DNA from: Lytechinus pictus
Lineage: Eukaryota
Direction of reading: 5' to 3'
NCBI RefSeq assembly: GCF_037042905.1
Contig: NC_087251.1
Location: forward strand, 49,539,358-49,603,357
DNA: 64,000 nucleotides
Shown here: positions 51,534 through 63,523 of the stretch, in pieces
Numbering within the stretch: the first letter of the stretch is position 1
How the letters are laid out: each line of letters starts with the position of its first letter
Made by a program: the position numbers and the translations under genes
Notes under the pieces: model-generated
Database searches by the model: none
What the model saw: only the letters and a program-made list of their open reading frames with translations
What the model was told of the DNA's origin: nothing

Positions 51534-51789
51534 AAGGCATCATGGTCTAGTGGTTAAGATTACTGTCTTTCATTCTCAGGGATGTGGCTTCGATTCCCAA
51601 CCATGGCACGTTTTCCTTCAGCAAGAAATTTACCCACATTGTGCTACACTCGGCTCTGTTGAGGTAAATGGTACTACTGGCAGGAAGTACTTCTTCAAAA
51701 AGCGCCTGAATCTGTAGACTAGCTCAGCGTGAGCACCGGGCTTGAGCGTTTATCTAGGCAGATAGGATATACAAATCCTATATTATTTA
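51534..51789 (+). mobile_element. tRNA-derived SINE (family 1), diverged copy
   Basis: Colinear with the reverse complement of 26251-26521. Confidence 0.8.
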
Positions 51790-51864
51790 TGTATGATCTC
51801 AGTAGTAATTATTTTGTTTCATCCGATAATTTTTTTAATATTACATTTTCCTCTCTTTTTGCAG

Positions 51865-51941
51865 GTAAGAGGTTTAGGTATACATTTATGGACAAGAAGT
51901 ATTCACACATTTTTGAATCAATTGAAGCAATAGACAAAATG
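51865..51941 (+). CDS. MEMO1: MEMO1 coding exon 7 (GKRFRYTFMDKKYSHIFESIEAIDKM)
   Basis: TTTTTGCAG acceptor and GTAAGT donor; GxRFxY..SIE..DKM motif; phases 1 and 0 fit. Confidence 0.95.
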
Positions 51942-52017
51942 GTAAGTTAACATTACAAAGGCCTTTTTTAAAGAAAAATACTGAACTTTCATGTTGTATT
52001 TATATTGTCCGTGTCAT

Positions 52018-52203
52018 GGAGGCGCGATAGCTCAGTTGGTAGAGCGGGGGTTTCGGATTACGGTGACCCGGGTTCGATTCCCACTTGGTGCGGTAGTACT
52101 AGCCCTTTGGTAAGGCATTAATCCTCATTACCAGGTCCCTTGGAGAGGACCTTAAGCTGTTGGTCCTCTGGTTGCTTGCTTAAAAACATTCATGCTTTCT
52201 TAG
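52018..52203 (+). mobile_element. tRNA-derived SINE (family 2), second copy
   Basis: Colinear with 47655-47880. Confidence 0.9.
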
Positions 52204-52604
52204 ATACCATTCTCACTACCTTCCTAAAACTAGTTTAGTGGAAACTAGTTTAACGTGTAATGAGAACAGTTGAAGCTATCTTGGAAGCGATTTTCCAAAC
52301 CGGTTCATAAAACCAACTTGTAATGTATTTTTAAGATCGCTTTGCCTCGTTAAACTGGTTTTAGCGAAAGTGAGGTCACAACCGTTCTTTGGGAAGCGAT
52401 CTTTGCACATTTTGATTGCACTAATCTACACACTGTGTGTAGAATGCCTACGATGCGGTTTTGAATTTCGCCCGAAACGTGTCTCCCCACTGAGAGCGTT
52501 CCCATAGCCACAAGATTATTTTACGTGAAGTGATTTTGAAAACCACTTTCGGGTGATCAAATGGGAACGTTAGCAAAGCGATCTTCAAAACTGGTTGGTT
52601 TACT

Positions 52605-52945
52605 GACAGTTGGTCTAATATCACTTGGTCTAATCATCAGATGGGCTAACAACATTCGGGCTAAACCCACTTAGTCCAATTCTCTTTTGGTCTAATGACC
52701 ACTTGGTCTATTAGCCAATTGGTCTAATGACCAGTTGGTCTAATAGCCTATTGGTCTAATGACCACTTGGTCTAATAGCCAATTGGTCTACTACCCAATT
52801 GGGCTAATCGTCACTTTGTCTAATTTTTATTTGGTCTAATTGCCATTTCGTCTAATGTATTTTATTGTCACTTGGTCCAATTGCATTTGGTCTAATACCA
52901 GTTTGTCTAATAGTCGGTTAGTCTAATACTAGTTGGTCTAATACC
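52605..52945. repeat. Minisatellite, ~15-16-bp unit with TTGGTCTAAT core
   Basis: Roughly 20 imperfect units visible. Confidence 0.9.
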
Positions 52946-53398
52946 AAATCTTCGCACACGCGCCCCTCGATATTGGAGTACAGTTAGAGTAACGTATATT
53001 TCCATCCCCAAATTTTGAAAATATGGGGATTTTCAAAAGCCTGTGGGGATGAAAAAAAATATTTAGGGATTAAACAAACTATGGGGATTGTCTGTTTCAA
53101 AGGATTTTTTGAGGTTTTGGTCAAAAACAATAAAATTTGCTATTTTTCTGTAAACTAATGCTAATAGGGCCTATACAATCATAGAGGTGGAAAAAATAAG
53201 ATTTTCATTTATCCACCTCTATGTATACTATCTACTAGTTAACGGCTGGCTTAACCCAATCAGGGTTCCCAGCTTTTCAAGAAAACAAAAATCCCTGATT
53301 TTCTCTGATTAAAAAGTTTAAAAATTCCCTGATAATTATTTAAACCCATTCCCAGTTTCTCATGTTTTCTAAGTTGTTGCAGTGAATTACATGTATTA

Positions 53399-54246
53399 TT
53401 GTCTCGCCTGCGTAGCGGAGCGAGACATAGGTATCACTATTTCCGCTGTCGGCGTCGTTGTCGTCGTCAACAATTGTGTTGTACACCCAATAACTTTCTA
53501 TAGCTTCAAGGTGGGATCACCAAATTCATACCAGAGGTCCTTCTCCTGAAGGCACAGGTCAAGTTCGAATATGAATCGAATTTGAATAAGGTCAAAGGTC
53601 AATGAACTTTCCATGACTGGCACTGTGCTGTGTTGTACACACAATAACTTTCTATAGCTTCGAGGTGAGATCGCCATATTCATAACAGATATCCATCTCT
53701 TGAAGGTGCAGGTCAAGTTCAAATGTGAGCCGAATTTGAATAAGGTCAAAGGTCAATGAACTTTCCATGACTGGCACTGTGCTGTGCTGTACACACAATA
53801 ACTTTCTATATCTTCGAGTTAGGATTGCCAAATTCATACAAGAGGTCCATCTTTTGAAGGTGCAGGTCAAGTTCAAATGTTAGTTGAATTTGATTAAGGT
53901 CAAAGGTCAATGAACTTTCCATGACTGGCACTGTGCTGTGTTGTACACATAATAACTTTTTATATCTTCGAGGTAGGATTGCCAAATTCAAACAAGAGGT
54001 CCATCTCCTGAAGGTGCAGGTCAAGTTCGAATGTGAGTTGAATTTGATTAAGGTCAAAGGTCAATGAACTTTCCATGACTGGCACTGCTGTGTTGTACAC
54101 GCAATAACTTTCTATAGCTTCGAGGTGGGATCGCCAAACTCATAACAGAGGTCCATCTAAGTCATATAGCATACATGTAGTTTTGACATGCAGTCTCTTC
54201 ATGACTGCAATATGCAGGCGAGACAACGCTTGGCGTTTGCCTTGTT
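53399..54246 (+). mobile_element. HINE-like element with 154-bp tandem repeats
   Basis: GTCTCGCCTGC head, (GTC)n, ~4 units spaced 154 bp, tail TGCAGGCGAGAC-AACGC..GCGTT-..CTTGTT. Confidence 0.8.
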
Positions 54247-55238
54247 AGATAACAACAGCCATTTTAGGCTAGGATTTTGAAAGCAATCTTGGATTTTTGG
54301 ACATAGTGGATCGCTGACTCTCCTTGTAACTTTCCTTAATTTTCTACTCGACCCTTAAAACCACCATTGCATAAGACCCAAATTAAAGACACTAAAATAG
54401 GTAATAGATAAATTGTGAATTTGTAGGCTATGGCAGTCATTTTGGACGCCCTCTTGGATTTTCAGGTACCCTGGCGTGCTTATGTTCACTCTACCTGTAT
54501 CAGTAGACCTTGTACCCCCTACACCATAGAATATGCATCGAAAATGGATGTCTAAGTGGATAAAGAGTTGGTTATGTTAATTTTCAGTGAACGATGGCCA
54601 TTTTAGACGCCATTTTCAAAATAACCACTTTCCCGAATGCGGATTTTGATAGATTTTTAGTATGTTATTCCTGACATCAAATAGTACCAAAAACAGTTGA
54701 AAACGTTATTGTTGCAAGTTTTTTTGTGATCAAAATAGAGCAAAAAAGGGTGTAGAATGGCAGCCATATTGTTTTTGCCATTTTGAGGATTTTAACATTA
54801 AATTCAAGGTTGGCAACAACATATTTGGACTCAGCGCCCTCAAATTATGTTAAAACACTTCTTAATTTAGCATTAACACGATTTGCCTAAGGCAGTCTAC
54901 TTTTCTCAAATCTGGACCTGACTATAAAGATGGGCAAGACATATTTTTTTCTCATTCATTGCAACTGTTGCCATGGTAATGGCATAGGGCAGGGTATTAA
55001 TCACCTTCAGTGATAGTTCTAGTTAGGACATATTGAAAAAAAGCTTTTTCCCAGAATACAATACTTGTATCATTGCATCTCTAGAAATTTCTAATTTATT
55101 GTGTCTGAAACTGTTGGACCACAAAAAGTTTCAAATTTTCTAATAAAAAGGTTAAAAAATTTATGGGACAACATGTTGTGTATGAGACATTTGTACACAA
55201 TGTCAATGGGGAAGTGAATGTTAAATTTGTGTACAAAG

Positions 55239-56367
55239 TAGGCTTGGGCAATTCCCACCTTTCCCAGAACCGACTCCGGCTCTGACCTAAGGCTTCGGTT
55301 CCGAGAGGAGTCGACTCCACCATCACTTAACACACTAGAGAATGACGAGATACATATCAAGCTCTTTTTCATGTCCATAAAGTGAACAGAGCTACTGTGT
55401 ACACTGGCAAGATATCCCCCTCTCTTTCTCTCTCCCTCCCTCTTTCTCTTTTTTTAAACCAACCTCTTGGCTTTCTTGTTATTGAAACCTTGAAAGTGTG
55501 TATTACTTGAAGGGGGCAATTACTTGTATGTGGTCAGTAGATAAGAGAAGCCAGAATGCAGATATGTTCTGTTTGGATTAGTCTGCTTGCACAGCAAAGT
55601 TTGAGAAATTTCGGACAAATAATGAGAAAGTTATGAGCATTTGAATATTGCAATCACTAATGTTATGGAGATCCTCATATTGGCAATGCGACAAAGATGT
55701 GTGATGTCACTTGTGAACAACTCTCCCCATTGCTTTAGTTTATATTTCACTTAAACTGCCTCTTTTATCACATCTATCAGTAGATCATGTGTTCTTTCTA
55801 TAGGAGGGCATATAATACAGATATTGAAAGAATACATCATGGATAAAGAGTTTGTATCGCCATAAGAAAAAGCAAAAAGAGACATTTTGGGGATATTTTA
55901 TAGTCCATCAAAGGGAAAGTTGTTCACATGTGACATCACACATCCTTGTCGCATTGCCAATGGGAGGATCTCCATAGCATTAGTGATTGCAATATTCAAA
56001 TGCTCATAACTTTCTCATTATTCGTTCAATTTTTCTCAAACTTTTTTTGTTCTTATTCTTTGATTTTCTGTTTCGACACAAGCCTACTTTTTTCAAAGGT
56101 TTCATTCCCCTTTAAACTATCTACCTCCATGATTAAACTAACTTGTGTATTAGATTTCCGTACAATGATTTAAGCATGCAATTATAAACGAAGTCTGGAA
56201 TTCCCTTCAACAGGGCTTTTATGTGTTATAAAACATAATTGGTTCTCTTGTATAGAGTGGATCCCTCAGGCTAGAGTAATGGGCCTTGAAAGAATGGGGG
56301 TCGACTTTTCGACTCTGGTGACAAGAATCGGGTAGACTCGATTACTCGGCTCTGATGCCCAAGCCTA
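55239..56367. mobile_element. hAT-type non-autonomous element containing a family C MITE fragment
   Basis: TIRs TAGGCTTGGGCA / TGCCCAAGCCTA with a perfect 8-bp TSD GTACAAAG. Confidence 0.9.
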
Positions 56368-56756
56368 GTACAAAGTAAAGGGAGAAAAACAAATTTCAAG
56401 AGTGCTCTGAAAGTGAGTTATTCCACTTTTCTGGAGTTCTAAAGACTGCCTAGTCATAATTTTTTTTTGTTATATGATTTCTAATTTCATTTTTGTTTTG
56501 TATATCATGTATGTTCTACATTGTCAAGCGATTTGATATGGATTTCATGAAAAGCGCTATATAAGACTAAGTTGTTATTATTATTATCAAAATTTATTCT
56601 ATTGTTTTTACCATATTTCCATTGGATCCTAAGGGACTTTCTTGGGACCTATTTTAGTTTTCCAGGGTTGTTTTGGGCATTTGGAATTCACTCCATGCCC
56701 CCGTATTTTTTTTTTTTTTACTGTACTAAGCAATGCTTTCTTAATTCTTTCTTTAG

Positions 56757-56861
56757 GGTATGAAGCTGATTGAACAGTTAGATCCTGAAGGCTTTGCTTC
56801 ATACTTAAAGAAATACAGTAATACAATCTGTGGAAGACATCCCATTGCTGTTCTTCTAAAT
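56757..56861 (+). CDS. MEMO1: MEMO1 coding exon 8 ([35 protein letters not shown])
   Basis: TTTAG acceptor and GTAAGT donor; NTICGRHPI signature. Confidence 0.98.
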
Positions 56862-57652
56862 GTAAGTTCGAATCTGCGGAACAACCTTTATAACTCTAAT
56901 GTAGAAATCCCATTCTTTCGATTTCTATTAAAGATACCAATTCTGTGTTCTTCGTTGTTCAATACGTCACATTCGTGTTCTGCAGTGATACGTACTAAGC
57001 ATATAAAAGCTTGAATAAACTTAAGTTTCCATGCAGATGAAGCTCAGAAAACGCATACTAAATACTAAGGCTCAGTGTGCATATAGAATAGATGATGTTC
57101 TGATTAGTTCATGAGGTAAAAGGTCACAATGATCATTATACAATGTACCTGAAAATATCTCTTTCTCATGATAATTAAATAAACTTTTTTGAGGAGTCAA
57201 TTTCAAACTTGGCTGTTTATGCATATGTGACTGAGGATGATCTGAGCGGATTTTGGGCTCACACGGTCACAGTTTGAATATTTTCGAAGGTAGGTGTGTA
57301 GTAGATTTCGCTCTGACAATTCATATTTCTTTAAATTTTTCCTTTCATAGGCAACCTGGACTTGTACTGTAGACTTCCTTGTTCCTTTCCTCTGTTGTAC
57401 TCACATATTTGTTTTGTAACTTGTTCCTTGTTGAAATGCCAAATAATAATAATAGCGGAAGCGTAATTACAGGTGCTATATTTTTTGTGTTTTTGTGGGG
57501 GGGGGGGGCTTGTTTAAACTCTTCTCTTCTTGTAACATGATGTAAACATGTATGTTTAATATAAACATTATACAGGTACATTTTACATCATAGCTTGCAA
57601 AATATTTAGTGTCGAGTGATTGAATTTTGATTTTGTACCTTGTTCATTTCAG

Positions 57653-57790
57653 GCCATTGTGGCAGTAAAAGAACAGAAGAACGGAACCCAGTATGATATG
57701 AAATTCCTCCAGTACACCCAATCCAATAAGTGCACACATAGCAGTGATAGTTCCGTCAGTTACGCTTCAGCCGCCTTCACCATGAGCTAA
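57653..57790 (+). CDS. MEMO1: MEMO1 coding exon 9, terminal (AIVAVKEQKNGTQYDMKFLQYTQSNKCTHSSDSSVSYASAAFTMS*)
   Basis: TTTCAG acceptor; YxQS..DSSVSYA motif; TAA stop. The nine exons sum to 888 nt in one frame. Confidence 0.97.
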   Translation, partial: AIVAVKEQKNGTQYDMKFLQYTQSNKCTHSSDSSVSYASAAFTMS

Positions 57791-58678
57791 TACTCCTATC
57801 TGTGTGGCGCCCTCTTTGTTTGTGTGTAGATAAGCTGTGAACTGTGTTAGAAAGAAAAAAGGCACAGACTGTTTGCAGACTGGAATGAATGACGATGTCC
57901 TGTCAACGTTTTGCCACACTACTCACTCCAGAACAAAGGGAAGTGAGTGGTCAGTTAGGGTTTCGCTGATGGACTGAAGAATGCTTTCTCTCCATGGTGA
58001 ACTCAAATAGTACATGTATATTATATTTCATTAGTTACAAAGCACAAAAGAAAGAGGGTTATTTCTTTCTGCTTGAATGTGTCATATAAAGAGTTGAAAC
58101 TACAGTCAAAACAGTGTCAGCAACAACCTGTAAAAAGACCACCTGCTTTCTAACACTGAATCCTGAGGCACATTGGCTTGTATTCTCAAAAGATTGTACC
58201 ATGGTAGAAAACTATGGACTTTGCAGATTTCTTTTATTATCGGGCTTCAATTAGGCACCCTTTTCCAAAAGCAGGCATTTTTCTTTAAGTGCGGGATGGA
58301 ATAATAATTATGTACAAAAATCTGCATAGTCCATGGTACAAATGAAATCTCTGTTGAGAATATGGGCCATTATGTGTATAAGAACCCACCAATAGCAATC
58401 GCCTCTTATAAAGGCCACATTTTGTGTCTCCCTTTGATGGTCATTATTGACAAGCTTCACTGTATTTGATATCAATCTCAAATATGGAAAGCCAGTGGCA
58501 TCATAATTCATCATCAGGGCATACACACTGTCCCTAAGAATGAGTGTGTTGATTGGTTGAATCAATGAGGTATGCCCATTGGTCGAATCAATGATGCATC
58601 TTCTAGCATGGTGTCAAGAGAACATTGCTTGAACACTCTTATTCAAGCTGGAGAATTGTGTCATTTTGTGTCATCTAA

Positions 58679-59131
58679 TACCCCGTTTAGATCTATCTCT
58701 TTCTGGTGTCACACTAGACAATTGTCTTGAGCTAACACAGCATAAAATTCCTTGTCAAAACACGAGGTGCACTTTGGGGCCGTTTAGATCATCTGCAGTA
58801 ATCGTGAGGTGCATCGTCTCCCTTTGCATTGTCGTGGCAAAATGTCAATCAAGGGGAATGCGCACGCTGCACAATGATCGCTTAGATAAAGGACTTCCGT
58901 TTTCTATGCCGAATTCACACAGAGACCGTTTTGATCTACAATCCAACAGTGGATTACGCCGTGTGACCTCACGATTATGACAGACTGTCTAGGGAGTATT
59001 TTACCTCGCGATTTCCTCAGATTCATGCTTTGCGCTTTGTGCCGAGACAATTTAGATCTACAGTAGACAAATGACAACCTGCAGTAGCATCCTAGGTTAC
59101 CTTGCATTCATTGGTAGATCTAAACGGGGTA
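58679..59131. mobile_element. PIF/Harbinger-like MITE downstream of the MEMO1 stop
   Basis: TIRs TACCCCGTTTAGATCTA / TAGATCTAAACGGGGTA; flanks TAA and TGA. Confidence 0.8.
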
Positions 59132-59453
59132 TGAAATTCAATTTGATTAGAAATAGGTGTAGAAATTATGTTTATGTATGAACTTCATAATTTGCCAGAC
59201 ATTTGTTGGTTATAATTTATTTACGAAAATCAAGTATTTACAAATTGTATTTTTTAAAATTAGTTGCAGGCCTGAGTTGTTTAACAATGTTGATTAATTA
59301 GCGGGTGGTTGCGGTTAACGGGCTGGGGGTAACAAAAAGAAAATGTATGTGAAGTTTACATGTCACATCTTTACATCCATGAAATACCCATTTGTTTTCC
59401 ATGTTCTTGAACTTGACATTGTTTTGATTTAGTTGGAAATTATCAAGAAAGGG

Positions 59454-59966
59454 AAGAATATACAAATAGCGAATAGCCATGAGTGCGATGGTGCGAGATT
59501 TCGCATGAGGTGAAAGAAAGATGCTCTATTCAACGAGGCGATAGCCGAGTTGAATAGAGCGTCTCTTTCTTTCACCGAATGCGAAATCTCACACCTTTGC
59601 ACGAAAAAGAATATTCGATATTTGTGTTGTACAACGTCTCTGAATCTAGCAAAAATATGAAAAAAAAGAGTTTTTCCCTGCAGTTATCTATGAAAAGGGA
59701 GCAAAAATACCGAAAGCGAAAAGCAAAATCCCACAAGCGCACATGACCTTTGGGCAGCATTGCGCATTTATAACCAGAAGGCTATACGCGTTTTGCACCT
59801 TCATTTTTACTGAGCGCAATGAATAAAATCGTATTGTGACGTCACCTCCTGAAGCCGTGCAACGGTACATTTTGGATGGTACGTCGTGCGTGCAACGGTA
59901 CGAATGTTTGACATTCAGTCTCCAATTTGCTCGTGTACAACAAGCTAAGTAGGCGTTGTACAATAT
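59454..59966. mobile_element. Long-hairpin repeat resembling non-autonomous Crypton-type elements
   Basis: ~80-bp inverted arms around GAGGCGATAGCCGAG, plus a second inverted pair TTGTACAACG / CGTTGTACAA. The family name is from recall only. Confidence 0.5.
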
Positions 59967-62724
59967 CCCCTTTTTCTTGACTCTGAAGAATCGTTTCTAA
60001 TTGATGACACTTTCGGTTTGCCTACATGAAAGTCTACATGTGAGACCACAAGAAGTACCATAATACCATTCCACATACATAATTTTGTGTAGGTCAAATG
60101 TGACATAAATTGAAAACTATCTTTTGGAGTCACGATAGAGGGGAATATTGTTCATTTTCTTGATAGTTCAAACTAAATCGAAACAATTTCATGGAAATAT
60201 AGAAAAAAAATATTAGCATATCATTAATGTGAAGAGCTGGAATGTGAAATTTCAACAATTTTATACGGGAAGGATTTTGTATTCTAATATGGTCAGATGG
60301 TTGTCAAAATAGGAATATGTTTATGCTTTTAATGGTTGTTTTTGAATGGTGTTTAAGCATTTTAACTCAGCATTGATTTGTTGTATATTGCCAACACTAA
60401 CAACATTTTATAGACTGGGCTGAAGATGACATTTTCTTCTTTTAAAGCAGAAACAAACCTACAGCCTTAATAATGCCCCCTCAAGTCTACTCGTATCTGA
60501 CCAGCATAATGCAGCATTCTGAGAGCCTATGTAGTCTTGTAATATAATCACACAGTAATTAACTACTCAATTCATTCAAGCCTCACTAATTAGGTTACAA
60601 TGTAGCAAAATAATGTAGGAAGTGTCGAAACATTTAAGATTAAGCTAAAAACTTACCTCTTTAACTCACTTTATCGATGATTTTCTGTTACTTGTAATTT
60701 TGCTTGCCCCCCTTCACTTGTGCGCCTTGAGTATCTCTTACAAGATGGATATGGCACCTAACAGATTGCATATATCATTATTATTATCATTAAAACAATT
60801 ACTTTCCGCTCAAAACATTTAAGTTTCTCTGTATGAAAGCTCATTTATTCTCTGTATTATTGATGTTATCTCAAAATATATGTGTTTTAAACTAGTTATT
60901 TATAACACACAGTCAATCAGAGATCACACAAAGTTTTGATCAGCCGTGGTAAATACCACAAAAATTAAGGTCAATTTTTCAATGAATTACCAGATTATAT
61001 TAATGTGTGTGCCCTAAAATGGTTATGATGTGAAGGATGAAAAAAAAAAGTAATTTATTTGATAAATTTCACAGCAAATTTCATTTTCATTTGGCCCCAG
61101 ATCAAAATAGAATATTTTTATTTTGGTCTTTATATATAATCCCTTCTCAAGCAAGGAATGGCTGACAATTTCAGGATATAATATTTGTCTATAGCTTTCT
61201 GATATCAAATTATTAAATTTGTAAAGCAAGTGCTCAAAGGGCTATTTTTTTAATAAAAATACATTCAGAGAGGGGATGATAATATTGGAATGTTAAATGA
61301 TACTCGAGTATGAATGACATTACTGACCCTTTACTAAAGCTGTAGAGGGGCTTTAAAATAATTTTACTGCTTTATGATATTTATACCATGCATTATACTG
61401 GTTGACAGCACGGCATCCTAATTCATAATTTCGGACAGCATATGATCAGGGTATGATTAATCTTACCATTAAACTACCATGGCAAATTTGCATGGCAATC
61501 ATTCAAAATCAAGTTTTCATGGATAGAAGAAGAAAACATTCAGTGACCACTACACTTGTAGTAGTGGAATTTTAGATGCTATTTGACTATGATTCACATT
61601 TCCGAAGCTTTAGACAGGCTTTAAATATGTTTTTAAATATGAAATTACAACATACAGGCAAATGCATTGCCAGTGTTTCTAATTTCACTACAGCCTTCAT
61701 CATACGTGTACGTTGGTGGTTGGAGGGCTTCTCATTATGAAGTGCATAGTCCTAGTTGTCATGTAATCAAGAATTTACAAGGAGTCTTAAATAATGCTTT
61801 TATACATATGTATTCTATATCTCATGTAATGTGTCATGTATTTATTTATGGTAAAAGATATAAAGGAGGAAATTTTCTTAGTATGGAAGTTTCTGAAGTA
61901 GATAGGTGAGTCCACACTAGTTAGATATATCAAGATGTATCAAATTCTTTTTTCTTTTTCTTTTTTGAATATTCATAGCTTGCCTTGTTACAATTTAATA
62001 TGCATAAAAAGATGAGTCATAGAATTTGTTTATTTTTCCTTTGTTAACTCTGCATAATTATTGTCAGAGAGTGAAAGGTTTCAATTCTAATTCAGGATAT
62101 TGTCTTTTGCATTCTGATGAAAGGAAAGCTAAATAAAAATATCTGCAATGTCCCTCATTCCAACCTGCAAAACAAGGAAGAAATATAAATGCATCCAAAT
62201 CATAACATTTTCGTCTTGCAACAAATCTGACGCTTGAACTTGAAGATCAGTTTTGTACTAGTTAATAGTGTATTATTTATGCAAAATTTGGGATTTTGTA
62301 ATAAACTTGGAAGATTATAACATTTCGTCTCATAATATTGGTTTGTCTTTCCTTTACTGTGAAATCAAAGTAAACATAATCGACATGTACACAAGTGGTG
62401 CTGCGATTGTCTTGGACTGGAATAATTGTTTTTCCTGGGGATTTATTTTAAAATTTCTGACATTTATCTACTATACCTATCACAGAGGGTAGTACTAGTT
62501 TGATATGAGCACCATTCAGATACACACAATTTCAAATGTTAGTGATTTTAAATGTTTTTCAACATTTAACTGGGTCTAAATAAATGATTGCTGATGTAAA
62601 ATGAAAGGCAAGAACAAAAAGTATTCAAAGGTTGGGTCATTTTTAAGGATAAATATTATTCAAAGTTAGAATTAAGGGCATTTTGAAAATAACCATCTCT
62701 TCACCACAGGACTTGTGATATTAA

Positions 62725-63488
62725 AGGGATGCTCCGGGCTGAAAATATTGAAATCTATATAAACAGAGTAAAATTCACAAAGCAAAATGCTTAAAATTTC
62801 ATCAAAATCTGATAACAAATACCAAAGTTATTGAATTTCAAAGTTTAGCAATATTTTGGTCAATGGTCAATGGTAATGGTTTATTTAAAAAATTCAGTAG
62901 CAGCCAAAGGCTGAATTGCAGAATCTTTTTACAAATAATAATATAAACATGATAATAAGTCACATTATTACACAATTCTTAACAAATCAAAATAGTTATA
63001 CGATCCTTATAAAGAACTTGCCAAGACAAATAGTATGTGATATATCATGCATTATTTGAAGAAGAAAGTATAGACACACAAAAAAAGACAATTCATTTAA
63101 AACACACACACTATGTCTATCAATTAAAACTTCGAAACGGGCATTAGAGCAAGAACAGTTTGATTTAGGAGAAGTGAAAAAAAGAAAGAGCAGAGATAGA
63201 ACAGGAAGATATGAAAGAGAGAGAGAGCAAAGGAGGGGAGGAAATTTGAGTTGAAAGTTGGGAAGACAGGAAGTAATCTAGAAGAGGTAGAAATAAGAAG
63301 TTTTAAGGCTGCAAAGTTAAAATAGATAAATGAAAACAAATTTGGAAGAATTTGAGTAAAAGTTATAATAGATTATCCTTGTACAAAAACATTATGTATA
63401 GCCTACACAGGTACAGATTGAAATCTGATTACACATTAAAAGAATGAAAGAGTAGTAGTAGTAGTAGTAATTGTAGTAGTAGTAGTAA

Positions 63489-63523
<35 letters not shown>

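Noticed and set aside
52605..52945. CRISPR-like appearance of short periodic repeats (also 12320-13300)
   Set aside because: Units are degenerate tandem repeats without unique spacers, there are no cas genes, and the context is eukaryotic.
53498..54057. Three similar minus-strand ORFs suggesting a repeat protein
   Set aside because: They are spaced exactly 154 bp and are translations of the tandem array in a non-coding element.
62113..62132. CTGATGA..GAAA hammerhead-like words
   Set aside because: Only 3 nt between the boxes, so no helix II is possible.
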